Counted from the stretch's first letter, positions 1-9,359 are shown. The stretch is 14,342 bases of DNA from Candidatus Velthaea sp. (GCA_050012475.1 JBEKHC010000116.1:1-14342), one strand, 5' to 3'. Numbers and translations are program-made. Notes: generated by a model not told the origin, from the sequence alone.

Positions 1-80
1 CTTGCGGCGTCGCCACAGGCCGAAGGGTGCGGACGTAGCGAGCGAAGCCGAGGGCGCTAATCCCTGCGCGGCCGGCCTGA

Positions 81-208
81 TGGATTCGTCTCGGCTACGC
101 TCGACGAACCCGTGGATTCGTCTCGGCTGCGCTCGACGAACCCGTGGATTCGTCTCGGCTGCGCTCGGCGAACCCGTGGATTCGTCTCGGCTGCGCTCGA
201 CGAATCTG
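81..208. repeat. Tandem array of 4 x 32-bp palindromic (REP-like) units
   Basis: Unit tggattcgtctcggct(a/g)cgctcg(a/g)cgaacccg starts at 81, 113, 145 and 177 (the last ends ...gaatctg). Each unit has ttcgtc...gacgaa inverted arms. No unique spacers. Confidence 0.95.
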
Positions 209-320
209 CCAAGCCGCAGGCTGTACTCAAGCGAGGCCGAGGGCGCTCAACCAAAGCGTTTGGGGAGTCGCGTGCGATAGGACCTGCGACCCCAAAGGAT
301 ATCGCATCGCGCGCCTCACG

Positions 321-1934
321 CTAGTGCGGAATGATCCACGGGACGAGAAACTGCTGCACGGCAACCGTGATGCTCAACCCCAGCGTGAGGATGATGCTGT
401 GCGGAAACGTCCGCGCGAACACGACGCCCTCCTGCCCTTTGAGATCGGTGACCGACACGCCGGTCGCAAGGTTTTGCGGCGAGATCATCTTGCTCATGAC
501 GCCCCCCGACGAATTCGTCGCCGCGAACAGCACCGGATCGAGATGGAGCTGGCCCGCGGCGATCACTTGCAAGTTTCCGAACAGTGCGTTCCCCGACGTG
601 TCGCTGCCCGAGAGAAACACGGCCAGCCAACCCAGAAACGGTGAGAGGACGACGAACAGCAGGCCCACCGACGCCACGCCCAACCCGAGCGTGTAGTTCA
701 ATCCCGAGTAGTTCATCAAATACGCCAACCCGATGATGAGCATGACGGTGAGAATCGGGATGCGGCTCTGCCGCCAAGTGACCCCGACGCAGCGCACGAT
801 CTCGCGGGCGGGCAGCCGCACGAGCGCCGCGGTTATGAGCGCGGCGACGAGGATCGCGGTGCCGGTCGCAAGCGGCTGGAAGTCCCAGACCGCGGCGTAC
901 GGCGCGCCCTTATAGAGCGTGATCGAAATTGCTTTGTTTAGGCCCGGCCAGGCGATTTTGAGGTCGCCGAGTGCGGCGATGTTGAGCGTCGTCCAGACGA
1001 TGACGGTGACGGTGACGACGATCCAGGGAAGCCAAGCGCCAAGCGCACGTTGCGCACCCGTCGCCGGCGCGTGCGTGCGCGGCATGTCGCGCACGGGCAC
1101 GGCGTAGGCCGGATCGGGTTGCGGCTTCCACCGCTGCAGGAACAGTAAGGTCGCGAGCAGCGAGCCCAGCGACGACAACACGTCGGTGAGCGCGTAACTG
1201 ATGAAGTTCGAGCAGATGAATTGAATGCCGCCGAACGCGCCGCCGGCGACGAGCAGCACCGGCCACAGCGCTCGAATCGAGCGCAGACCGCCGTACACGC
1301 CGATCACATAAAACGGCAGGAAGAACGCGAAGATCGGCAGCTGCCGGCCGACCATCGCGCCCAGCACCGTCGGCGAAAGATGGGTGACCGCGCCGAGCAC
1401 GGTGATCGGCACGCCCAGCGCGCCGAACGCGACCGGGGCGGTGTCGAAAATCAGCGTGAAGACCAGCGCGTCGAGCGCCGGGAACCCGACGGCGATGAGC
1501 ACCGAGCTCGTGATCGCGACCGGCGTCCCGAAGCCGGCGACGCCCTCGAGCAAAGCGCCGAAGCAGTAGCCCATCACGATGAGCACGATCCGCCGGTCAT
1601 TCGGCAAGTGGTCGAGTACCCACGCGTTGAGCGCCTTGAACCGACCCGACTTCACGGCGATGTTGTAGAGCAGCAGCGCGTTGACGACAATCCACATCAC
1701 CGGCCACACCGCGAATGTCGCGCCGTTGGCGACGGCCGCAACCGCAAGTCCGACCGGAAGCTTCCACCACGCGACCGCGATCAGCAACCCCACGAGCAAG
1801 CCCCCGAGCGAGGCCTGCCAGGCCGGACGGCGTACGATGCCGAGCAGCGCCAGCACCGTTAGGACCGGCAGCGTCGCAACGACGAACGAAGGGAGCAGGG
1901 CACCGCCGACCGGCGTGAGCAGTTGGGGAAACAT
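321..1934 (-). CDS. lctP: L-lactate permease (LctP/LldP family)
   Basis: 537 aa, polytopic membrane protein. Family motifs FGALLEGVAGFGTPVAI, TAPVAFGALGVPI, FLSGSDTSGNALFGNLQ and NSSGGVMSKMISPQ. RBS gagagga upstream of ATG. Confidence 0.95.
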   Translation of the reverse strand: MFPQLLTPVGGALLPSFVVATLPVLTVLALLGIVRRPAWQASLGGLLVGLLIAVAWWKLPVGLAVAAVANGATFAVWPVMWIVVNALLLYNIAVKSGRFKALNAWVLDHLPNDRRIVLIVMGYCFGALLEGVAGFGTPVAITSSVLIAVGFPALDALVFTLIFDTAPVAFGALGVPITVLGAVTHLSPTVLGAMVGRQLPIFAFFLPFYVIGVYGGLRSIRALWPVLLVAGGAFGGIQFICSNFISYALTDVLSSLGSLLATLLFLQRWKPQPDPAYAVPVRDMPRTHAPATGAQRALGAWLPWIVVTVTVIVWTTLNIAALGDLKIAWPGLNKAISITLYKGAPYAAVWDFQPLATGTAILVAALITAALVRLPAREIVRCVGVTWRQSRIPILTVMLIIGLAYLMNYSGLNYTLGLGVASVGLLFVVLSPFLGWLAVFLSGSDTSGNALFGNLQVIAAGQLHLDPVLFAATNSSGGVMSKMISPQNLATGVSVTDLKGQEGVVFARTFPHSIILTLGLSITVAVQQFLVPWIIPH

Positions 1935-2074
1935 CGTTCGTCCTCTCGCGGATTGCGGTGATTGCTGTTCCCCGGTAGCCTACCCGCTTTGAGGAGCAAG
2001 TTTGCGCAGCGCATGCTCGATTGGCGCATCAACCGCGAATAGCGCAGCGTGCCAAGCGTTCGAAGGAGGAGAGC

Positions 2075-2488
2075 ATGACGGAGGCCTATCTCGGGGGCTG
2101 GTCGATTGCGCGATCGATCGTCGACTTCGACCGGAACGACGCGATCGATTGCGCCGGCGAAGCGACACTACAGGCGCTCGATCGAAGCATCGTCTACGCC
2201 GAACGGGTGCGGTTCGAGCTGGCAAACAAACTCATCCACGCGACGCGGAGCTATCACTTTACGACGTCGGACGGCGCGATCGTCGCCACCTTCAGCGACG
2301 GCGCACCGTTCTTCACCCTGCGGCTCGATGCCGGCGGCATCGGACGCGCCTTCCACCAGTGCGGCGGCGACCGGTACGCGCTGACCCTCGAACTGCGCGA
2401 GCCGGACCGCTGGCAAACGTGCTGGGACGTGAGCGGGACGAAGCGGCTGCGCATCACGAGCGCGTACCGGCGGTCCCGCCAGTCGTAA
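2075..2488 (+). CDS. DUF6314-like hypothetical protein (137 aa)
   Basis: Strong RBS aaggagga at 2063-2070 before ATG 2075. The pattern LGGWSIARSI...YAE...ATRSY...FSDGAPFF...HQCGGDRY...WDVSG...ITSAYRR matches my recollection of DUF6314. Confidence 0.75.
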   Translation: MTEAYLGGWSIARSIVDFDRNDAIDCAGEATLQALDRSIVYAERVRFELANKLIHATRSYHFTTSDGAIVATFSDGAPFFTLRLDAGGIGRAFHQCGGDRYALTLELREPDRWQTCWDVSGTKRLRITSAYRRSRQS

Positions 2489-2591
2489 CGATTCATGAGA
2501 CTGGCATTTTGATTGGCGGTGCGCTAGATTTTGGGTGCGGCAATGAATCCGCGTCGATGGCGCGCGTCTGCCGATGAGGGAGAACAGCGAG

Positions 2592-3173
2592 ATGTTTGCG
2601 ATGAAAACCGCCCGGGTGAAGGCTCTCTGGATCGTTCTCGGCGCTGCTGTTTGGGCGCTGTCCGCAGCCCACCTGCCGGCGGCGAGCGCGTCCGGGTCGG
2701 TGCCGGTGGTGAAAAGCACCGCAACGCCGGCACCGTGCACGGGGAACTGTCATCACGTGCAGCCCGACGTCATCGCCATGACCAATCCGCTCGCCCCATG
2801 CCCGTCGGCGGCCCCGAACAAGGGGCGCCCGCCGCTTCGTCCCGGTGGACCGATATCGTCGATGAAACTCGTGCCGCCGCCGGCAACGCCGAAGTTCGTC
2901 AGCTACACGTTGGGCACAACGTGGCTCGTCTCGCAGGTCGTCGCGTATCCGCACGAGCTCGACATCCAGCTTTCGTCCAACGGTACGCACGAGACGATAC
3001 ACGTCCCGTTCTCGGTCGCGCCGGCAGCCGCTGCGTTGACTTTTCCGGCCAATGCCAAAGCGCAAAGTGTCATCGGCCACGGTGCGAACGCGCAGCTGCT
3101 TTGGCTGCGCGGAACGGAAGGGCATTTCGTCAACTACGCGGTCTCGGCGCCCCCGTTCATCACGGCACCGTAG
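2592..3173 (+). CDS. Secreted hypothetical protein
   Basis: Sec-type signal (MKTARVK + hydrophobic stretch + AASA), Pro-rich linker with a CxxxC and a beta-rich C-terminus. Start is uncertain (2574, 2592 or 2601); gggag lies 9 nt before 2592. Confidence 0.7.
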   Translation: MFAMKTARVKALWIVLGAAVWALSAAHLPAASASGSVPVVKSTATPAPCTGNCHHVQPDVIAMTNPLAPCPSAAPNKGRPPLRPGGPISSMKLVPPPATPKFVSYTLGTTWLVSQVVAYPHELDIQLSSNGTHETIHVPFSVAPAAAALTFPANAKAQSVIGHGANAQLLWLRGTEGHFVNYAVSAPPFITAP

Positions 3174-5890
3174 CCGCCTGCCATCTGCGCGGCGAGCTCC
3201 GTTCGCGAACGCACGTCGAGCTTGGAGAAGACCGCCGCAACGTGATGTTCGACCGTCCGATTGCTGAGCGTCAGGTGTTCGGCGATCGAGCGGTTCGATA
3301 GTCCCTGCGCGACGAGCGTTGCGACGGAGCGTTCCCGCGGGGTGAGCGTTTGCGATCCGCGTTCACTGCGCCGCGCTCCGCCGGCAGTCAGTCGCCGCGC
3401 GTCACGCAGCGCGCCCATTTCGCGGTAGCGCGCGATTGCGGAGGCCCGATCGCCGGATAATTCGTCCGCCAACGCCGCAAGGGGCAGAAAGCCGAATCGG
3501 GCGGCAAGTTCGTTTGCCTCGCCGAGTTCCCGGTCGCGCGCTTTGACGTCGCCCGCGTTCGCGGCCGCGATCGCGCGCACGAGCAGCGCGTGCACGCGCA
3601 TGACCGGATCGGCGGCATCGGCCGGACCGAACAGCGCGGCCGCCCGCTGCGCTTCGGCCGGACCGCCGAAACGCGCGAACTTCAACAGCGCCTCGTACAC
3701 GTACGTTGCGTTGCGCAGGCGCGGCAGCGTCGTGCGGATGAGCGCGACCGCGCCGGCGGCATCCGCCCGCGCAACGCGCAGTTCGGCGTGCGCTGCGGCA
3801 AGCGCTGCGGCATTCTGGTCCGATCCGGTCTGCAGAACCTGCGCGAGCACATCCGCGGCGGCCAGCCGCGCAAGCAGCGCGTCGTCTTCGACCGCCAGAG
3901 CGATCGGGATACCGATCGCCGCCGCATAAAATCGCACGAACGCGCCCGGCACATTGAGCGCGCAAGCGAAACGCAGCAACCGGTGGGCCCGCCGAGCGTC
4001 GCCGCGTAAAAACGCGACATCGGCGGCCGTGAGCCGGGCATACGCGGCGGCGTACGTCAGCGCGTGCCGGTCGGCGACCTCGATGGCATGGTCCAGACCG
4101 GCCTCCGCAAGCGGATAATTCGCTTGCTGGCGGGCAAAATCGGCGAGCAGCGTCCAGCAGTTGGCAACGATCGCCGGATCTCCGTGCGCTTCGGCCGTTT
4201 TGACTGCCTCGAGCGCGAAGGTCTGCGACCGTTCGACCTGACCCAGCAAATTCGCGATCGCTGCAGCCGCGACGTGGCGTCGCACCACATATGCCGGGTC
4301 GCGTTCACCCTCGAACGCATCGGCCAGCAGCAAGTGGGTTTGCGCTTCGTCGACCTCGTCGCGAAAGGCGTGAAACATCGCCAGCAACGCTTCCGCGGCG
4401 AAGCGTTCGGCATCGCCCGCTCCGCTCGACGCGATCGCGTCGCGGCAGTGACGCAGCGTGGCGTCGGCGTCGGCGAGCCGATGGGCCGCATTGGCGAGGC
4501 GTAAGGCAAGCCGGGCGATGCCGCTGCGGTTGCCGATGGTCCGATAATGCTCCGCCGCCTGGGTGAAATGAACGTACGCGTCGCGCGCGGCTCCGAGCAG
4601 GTCGTGCGCGTGGCCGAGCTTTTCGCCGACGCGCGCAATGCTTTGCGCGTCGAGCACGCCGCCGTGCAGCGCGCGGTCGAAATGATCGCGCGCCGTCCCG
4701 TAAGCGCCCGCGGCGGCAGCGAGATCGCCGGCTGCTTCGGCGTAGGCCGACGCGCGATCGGGACGCCCCGCCCCATCCCAGTGCCGAGCGAGAACGGCGG
4801 CAGCGGGCCGGACGGCCGCCGTTTCGAGCCGGGTCGCAATGCGTTCATGGAGATCGCGCCGCTCGGTGCTCGTGAGCCGATCGTAGAGCGCTTCGCGGAT
4901 GAGTTCGTGGCGAAAGCGCGGCGCTTCGGCGCCGCGCCGGCCGGTTTCGATCGTCAAGCCGAGCGCACGCGCCGTGCGAAACAACGTGACCTCTTCGCGG
5001 CGTGAAATCGGCGCGAGTGCGCGCAGCAGGTCGAGGTCGATCACCGATCCGAGCGCAGCCGCGATTTCGAGCACCTCGACCCCGCCGGGAGGCAGCGACG
5101 AGAGCCGGCTGGTCACGGATTGCTTGACGGTCACGGGCAGCAACGGCGCTGACGGATGATCGAGCGCGTCGAGCACGAGATCCGAAGCGAACAGCGGATT
5201 GCCTTCGCTTTTGCGCCAGATCTCATCGATCACCGCCTGCGGCAGCAAACGCCCCAGCGGCAGCGCGCGGAAGATCAATTCGCGCGTTTCGTCTTCCTCC
5301 AGCGGCCCGACCGCGATCTCATATGTCGAACGAAGGTTCGGTTTTTCGTCCGCGCGCGCGGCCAGCGCGAGCACGACGCGCGCGCCGCCGAGCGTTGCCG
5401 TGAGATACTCGACGACCTCGAGCGACTCGGGATCGATCCATTGGACGTCGTCGATGGTCAAGAGCACCGGCGCGTAGCTGGCGACGGATTCGAGGAACTC
5501 GCGAACGATGACAAACAGCCGCCGCTTGTGCGCAGGCGCGTCCTCGACATCGTCCGGCGCGGGGAACAGGCCGAGAAACTTCGCGAAGAGGGCGCGGTCC
5601 GCGCTCTCGCGCGGCTGCGCGCGCGGTTCGTTCTGCGCCAGGATGCGGCATGCTTCGGCGATCGGCCCGTAGGCCTCGCGGGTAAAGGCGTAGTTCGTCG
5701 CCTCGCCGATTTTGAAGCCGCGCGCGCGAGCGACGCTCGTCCACTCGCGAAGCAAGCGCGTTTTCCCGATGCCCGGTTCGCCGCACACCAGCGTCGTCGA
5801 TCCGTCGCGCCGGAGCGCATCGTCGAGCCGCGCATCGATGAACGCGAGCTGTTCGCCGCGTCCGATCATCCCGACCCGCTCTCGTGCCAT
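3134..5890 (-). CDS. Large ATP-binding LuxR-family (LAL/STAND) transcriptional regulator: AAA ATPase + TPR-like helices + C-terminal LuxR HTH
   Basis: IGRGEQL, Walker A GEPGIGKT, Walker [30 protein letters not shown] and C-terminal [43 protein letters not shown]. True start is probably 5929, 5890 or 5869 rather than 6118. Confidence 0.93.
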   Translation of the reverse strand: MARERVGMIGRGEQLAFIDARLDDALRRDGSTTLVCGEPGIGKTRLLREWTSVARARGFKIGEATNYAFTREAYGPIAEACRILAQNEPRAQPRESADRALFAKFLGLFPAPDDVEDAPAHKRRLFVIVREFLESVASYAPVLLTIDDVQWIDPESLEVVEYLTATLGGARVVLALAARADEKPNLRSTYEIAVGPLEEDETRELIFRALPLGRLLPQAVIDEIWRKSEGNPLFASDLVLDALDHPSAPLLPVTVKQSVTSRLSSLPPGGVEVLEIAAALGSVIDLDLLRALAPISRREEVTLFRTARALGLTIETGRRGAEAPRFRHELIREALYDRLTSTERRDLHERIATRLETAAVRPAAAVLARHWDGAGRPDRASAYAEAAGDLAAAAGAYGTARDHFDRALHGGVLDAQSIARVGEKLGHAHDLLGAARDAYVHFTQAAEHYRTIGNRSGIARLALRLANAAHRLADADATLRHCRDAIASSGAGDAERFAAEALLAMFHAFRDEVDEAQTHLLLADAFEGERDPAYVVRRHVAAAAIANLLGQVERSQTFALEAVKTAEAHGDPAIVANCWTLLADFARQQANYPLAEAGLDHAIEVADRHALTYAAAYARLTAADVAFLRGDARRAHRLLRFACALNVPGAFVRFYAAAIGIPIALAVEDDALLARLAAADVLAQVLQTGSDQNAAALAAAHAELRVARADAAGAVALIRTTLPRLRNATYVYEALLKFARFGGPAEAQRAAALFGPADAADPVMRVHALLVRAIAAANAGDVKARDRELGEANELAARFGFLPLAALADELSGDRASAIARYREMGALRDARRLTAGGARRSERGSQTLTPRERSVATLVAQGLSNRSIAEHLTLSNRTVEHHVAAVFSKLDVRSRTELAAQMAGGYGAVMNGGAETA

Positions 5891-5965
5891 AGCGGCCAGG
5901 CTTCGACGCGCACGGCGATTTCCGCCCATCGGGCCCGTGTGCCCGCAGGGCGATCCGGTAGGCGG

Positions 5966-6010
5966 ATAGGTGAAACTACCGATGTTCGGCGCGTCACCCG
6001 CGGCTAGACT
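5966..6010 (+). promoter_or_regulatory. Candidate LuxR-type operator plus -10 element of the divergent promoter
   Basis: Imperfect 18-bp palindrome ataggtgaaactaccgat at 5966-5983, TAGACT at 6005-6010 and no good -35. Confidence 0.5.
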
Positions 6011-6095
6011 GATCCTCATATTCATCGACCGCGGCGCACGACACCCCAACGGCATTCGCCGTCGACGGCCACTCCTTAGAAAGAAGGGCGATATC

Positions 6096-6254
6096 ATGCA
6101 AGGCCTGGTCCTTTTCATCTCGCTCGCCGATGCTATCCGAGCCGGCTACCAGATCGTCGACCAAACGCCGGACGGCTACGTCGTCCGCACGAAAACGGCG
6201 GCGGGTTGGGCCATGGCGTTGATCCGCGACCCGCGCAACGCGGCTGCGCGTTGA
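6096..6254 (+). CDS. Small hypothetical protein (52 aa)
   Basis: [52 protein letters not shown]. Purine-rich RBS aagaaggg, protein-like composition, divergent from the LAL gene. Confidence 0.8.
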   Translation: MQGLVLFISLADAIRAGYQIVDQTPDGYVVRTKTAAGWAMALIRDPRNAAAR

Positions 6255-6337
6255 GCGGGGCCGACAATGCATACGCCGGTTCCCCCGTTCGACCGCATGC
6301 GGCAGCCGCGCGATCCGCGCACCCGAGTACGACGCTG

Positions 6338-6604
6338 ATGGCACGCCTTTCAGCAAAGGAGATCGCGATCATCGCGGGTCTCGCCGACGGTCTGCAGAGC
6401 AAAGAAATTGCCGCCGTGGTGCGGCTCAGCAAAGCCAGCGTCGATACCTACATCCGCATCCTCTACGGCAAGCTTGACGCCCGTTCGCGCGCGCAGCTCG
6501 TTGCGGTAGCGTATGCCGCGGGCATCCTGTGCCGCCCCGAAACCGGCGGCATCGCCCAGCGTTACGCGGATCCGTCCACCGCGCGGATGGCCGCGAGCGA
6601 ATAA
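6338..6604 (+). CDS. Stand-alone LuxR/GerE-type HTH protein (88 aa)
   Basis: LSAKEIAIIAGLADGLQSKEIAAVVRLSKASVDTYIRILYGKLDARSRAQLVAVAYAAGI is a typical LuxR HTH. No receiver domain. Start codon uncertain. Confidence 0.88.
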   Translation: MARLSAKEIAIIAGLADGLQSKEIAAVVRLSKASVDTYIRILYGKLDARSRAQLVAVAYAAGILCRPETGGIAQRYADPSTARMAASE

Positions 6605-6616
6605 CGCTCGCGGCCA

Positions 6617-6790
6617 AGCCGCAAACGCAACGCCGGGTTTGCGGCGAAGCCGCGTACTTAACGGGTGGCTTGCGGGCGAAGCCGCATACGCAACGGTTGG
6701 TTGCGGCAAAGCCGCATGCGCAACGGCTTGCGCGCAGCCGCATACACAACGGGTTGCGCGCAGCCGCATACACAACGGGTTGCACGCAGC
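6617..6790. repeat. Degenerate tandem repeat, six units of 26-32 bp, between convergent genes
   Basis: Core agccgcatac(a/g)caacgg..ttgc starts at 6617, 6648, 6680, 6710, 6736 and 6762. Junctions of the first units form gcggc-gaa/aaa-gccgc hairpins. Confidence 0.9.
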
Positions 6791-6796
6791 ATAATC

Positions 6797-7207
6797 CTAT
6801 GGGTCGGGCTCGAATGAAACGGTGCTGATTTTTCCCTGCGGGTCGAAACCAAGTCTCATTCGTATGCTGCCGTTTTCGCAGCGCAGCGAATAGACATAGA
6901 TCGTGCTGCCGGACTCTTTGTATTTGAACAAGGAGTTGGCGGAATGCAGCGTGCCCAGCGGCTTCAAATGCGCGCTGATCGCGCCGACGACGTCGGCGCC
7001 CAGCTGTTCGTTGGCCCGCAGGGCATACAACGAACGATCGAGCGAACCGCGCTGCCAAGCGTCGAATTGGGCATCGACGCGGCGCGTGATCGCCGGATTT
7101 TCGGGCGCCTGCGCAGCGGACGCGGCGGAGCCGTTCGCCGCGTCCGACGCGTCGGCGAGCGGGCCGAGCACGGCGAGCACGGCAGATAAGGCGATGGTAG
7201 CGATCAT
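6797..7207 (-). CDS. Secreted hypothetical protein (136 aa)
   Basis: RBS ggagg. ATGA overlap with the upstream DCC1-like gene. Hydrophobic N-terminus and Ala/Ser linker, then a helical + beta domain ending LGFDPQGKISTVSF. Confidence 0.8.
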   Translation of the reverse strand: MIATIALSAVLAVLGPLADASDAANGSAASAAQAPENPAITRRVDAQFDAWQRGSLDRSLYALRANEQLGADVVGAISAHLKPLGTLHSANSLFKYKESGSTIYVYSLRCENGSIRMRLGFDPQGKISTVSFEPDP

Positions 7208-7632
7208 GAGCGTGAACCTCCGGAAGAATCAAGTGACGGGTGGCTGGCGAGAACGCACATCGACGCACCCAGCCACACCGAAAGGCGGCCGCGGTGGGCG
7301 GCGATCGCTCGGTAAACGAGCGCTTCGAGCGCGCAAACCAGGGGCAGAGACAAAACGGCGCCGGCACGAGCCGGCCAACCGCCCGCGCGTACCAACAGGA
7401 CGTTGAACGCGCGCGCGCCGACGTGAACGCGGCCGCCCTCGACGAGCACCATCGCGGCGGCGAAGGCGCGCCGGTCGATCCCCAGCCCGCGCACGATGCG
7501 GGCGAGCCCGGGGTCGCGGTCGATGCTTTGGTATCCCACGGACCGGACGCGCGCGGACCGCACCAGCCCGGAATGAGCGAATCGGGTGCACATGCCGCAA
7601 TCCGCGTCGAAAATCAGCACCGGACCCATCAT
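7204..7632 (-). CDS. DCC1-like thiol-disulfide oxidoreductase (DUF393)
   Basis: N-terminal VLIFDADCGMC (DxxCxxC), GRVHVGARAF and YRAIAAHRGRL. Coupled by ATGA overlaps at both ends. Confidence 0.9.
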   Translation of the reverse strand: MMGPVLIFDADCGMCTRFAHSGLVRSARVRSVGYQSIDRDPGLARIVRGLGIDRRAFAAAMVLVEGGRVHVGARAFNVLLVRAGGWPARAGAVLSLPLVCALEALVYRAIAAHRGRLSVWLGASMCVLASHPSLDSSGGSRS

Positions 7633-8663
7633 TCCATCCCGCGCGTCGGAAGCGTCGCAGTTACTGCGGCGGGACGCTCGACGAACGCACGCAGGAACTG
7701 CGCCGGCGCGACGCGTGCTGCGTACGTTCGCAGCGCCGACAGCGCGAGGCGGTAGTCGTCATCCGAAAACAGCATCGCTTCACACGCGATCATCACCAGC
7801 GAGAAGAGCGGCAGCGCCATCGTGTAAGCGATCCCGAGATGAAAGCCGATCGCGGCCAGCGCGACGACGTATTTCGCCGGACGCTGCCAGATGCAGAACG
7901 GGAACGCCGCTTGGAGAATCAGCGTGGCGTATGTCGCGGCGGCGACGAGGACGGCGCTTTGGTACACGTGGGCGCCCAGCGGCGTCAGGTTGAATTGATT
8001 CGAGCGTAAAATATAATACAGCGCCGTGCCGTCTTGCCACTTGTGCCCCGTAATCTTGTAGAAGCATGCCGCGGCGTACAGCAGACTCACTTGCCAGAGG
8101 ACCAACGCGACGCCGAAGTTGTGCAGCAAGGCGCGAGCGCGCCCGACGAAGCTATTCCTGCCATCCGTCGCCGTCGCGGGCGGCGCGAACCACTTACCGG
8201 CGACGAGATACGTGCTGCAATCGAGCGCCACCGCGTACATCAACAGGATCGTGGCGAGCGTCCAGCCGCTATCCGTAACGAAGCTGTCGCGCGCGATCAG
8301 GCACCAGGTGAAGATCGCGCAGGCAACGGTCGAGAACGGCACCCAGCGGCCGCAGGCGAATGCGACCGCCGAGAGCAGCCCGAGCCAAAAAATCAGCTCG
8401 AAACCGGCCGCCGAGGCCGATTGAAGATAGAGGTTGGGCCCGTGTTTTTCGACGAGTTCGCCAGCATATGACAGCGGGACGACGCCGTCGGGGCCCCACA
8501 GAAAACGCCGCCAGCCAAGATTTTCCAGGTAGAAGAGCACGATTGCGGTGCCCAAGAGCGCGCGCAACACGCTGCTGCCGATGCGCCGCTGGGGCGTCGT
8601 CAGCACCTCGAGCACGCGGTCCGCGAACGCCGCGATCCGTGCGGATCCCGCTGCCGCGCTCAT
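7629..8663 (-). CDS. HTTM-domain membrane protein (SdpB-like, vitamin-K-dependent carboxylase homology group)
   Basis: LRALLG, LWGPDG, QVSLLYAAACFYKITGHKWQDGTALYYIL and FHLGIAYTMALPLFSLVM. Multiple TM helices. Follows an SdpA/DUF5819-like gene. Confidence 0.88.
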   Translation of the reverse strand: MSAAAGSARIAAFADRVLEVLTTPQRRIGSSVLRALLGTAIVLFYLENLGWRRFLWGPDGVVPLSYAGELVEKHGPNLYLQSASAAGFELIFWLGLLSAVAFACGRWVPFSTVACAIFTWCLIARDSFVTDSGWTLATILLMYAVALDCSTYLVAGKWFAPPATATDGRNSFVGRARALLHNFGVALVLWQVSLLYAAACFYKITGHKWQDGTALYYILRSNQFNLTPLGAHVYQSAVLVAAATYATLILQAAFPFCIWQRPAKYVVALAAIGFHLGIAYTMALPLFSLVMIACEAMLFSDDDYRLALSALRTYAARVAPAQFLRAFVERPAAVTATLPTRGME

Positions 8664-9319
8664 GACGCCGCCTCGGCGGCAGCCGCGCCGGTAACCGGCA
8701 GCCAGGGGAACAGCAGCGTGTCGTTGTGCTTTCTGGAATCGTCGGCAGCGAACCGCTGGGTGAAGCGCGGGAACACGTGCTCCACGATCGCGATCTGCAC
8801 GCTGCGCGGATGCGTCGCGCCGCCGGCGCCGAGAAACAGCGCGAGCCGGACGAGACCTTCGAGGATCATCGGACGCGTGCGCGGATCGGTGAAGGCCTGC
8901 ACTTGCTGCGGTTTGAACTTGCCTTTGCCCAGCGCGCTGTCGTCGAGCGCGGAGACGGTGAGGTTCATCGCCAGCACCTTGAGCGTCATGTAGCGGGAAA
9001 ACGGATGCGCGCGCAACTCATCGAGCAGCGGGTCGGTGAGATTGACCCAGGCGGTGGGCTCGCCGCGTTCGGTCCGCGTCCGCGCCAGGATCACGATATC
9101 GCTCTCGATGGGCGTCGGCGCGAACATGTTCCAGTATTGTTCGAAGTACGGGTGCATGTAGCCGAGCACGGCCGGACGCAGTGCTTCGCCGAGCGGATTG
9201 ACAGGCAGCGCGAAGAGCGTCTCCGCGCTCGCGTGAACGACAAGGACGACGGCGAACGTAACGCTCAAGGCCCAGAGCGCGATCCGTTCGCGAGACGAGG
9301 CAAAGCCTCTGCTGTGCAT
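8660..9319 (-). CDS. SdpA-like / DUF5819 family protein (219 aa)
   Basis: RBS gaggaa before ATG 9319. N-terminal TM helix, then H...LFALPVNP...YMHPYFEQYWNMFAPTP. ATGA overlap with the HTTM gene. Confidence 0.82.
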   Translation of the reverse strand: MHSRGFASSRERIALWALSVTFAVVLVVHASAETLFALPVNPLGEALRPAVLGYMHPYFEQYWNMFAPTPIESDIVILARTRTERGEPTAWVNLTDPLLDELRAHPFSRYMTLKVLAMNLTVSALDDSALGKGKFKPQQVQAFTDPRTRPMILEGLVRLALFLGAGGATHPRSVQIAIVEHVFPRFTQRFAADDSRKHNDTLLFPWLPVTGAAAAEAAS

Positions 9320-9359
9320 GCGGTGTTCCTCTCGGTAGGCGAATGCGGACGAAGCATGT

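Noticed and set aside
81..208. CRISPR array
   Set aside because: The 32-bp units are directly adjacent, with no unique spacers and no cas genes in view.
2..324. Short ORFs 2-280, 57-254 and 112-324
   Set aside because: They are translations of the repeat array, with no RBS or protein-like features.
2503..2519. Sigma-54 promoter-like tggcattttgattggc upstream of the secreted protein
   Set aside because: The GG-N10-GC spacing is not met; the GC is one base too far.
5930..6118. N-terminal extension of the LAL regulator to 6118
   Set aside because: It overlaps the divergent 52-aa gene and its promoter, and recognisable homology begins near MIGRGEQL.
6617..6790. CRISPR array or repeat-protein gene
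   Set aside because: Units are too short and degenerate, with no spacers. Mixed unit lengths break the frame, and ORFs across it are low-complexity.
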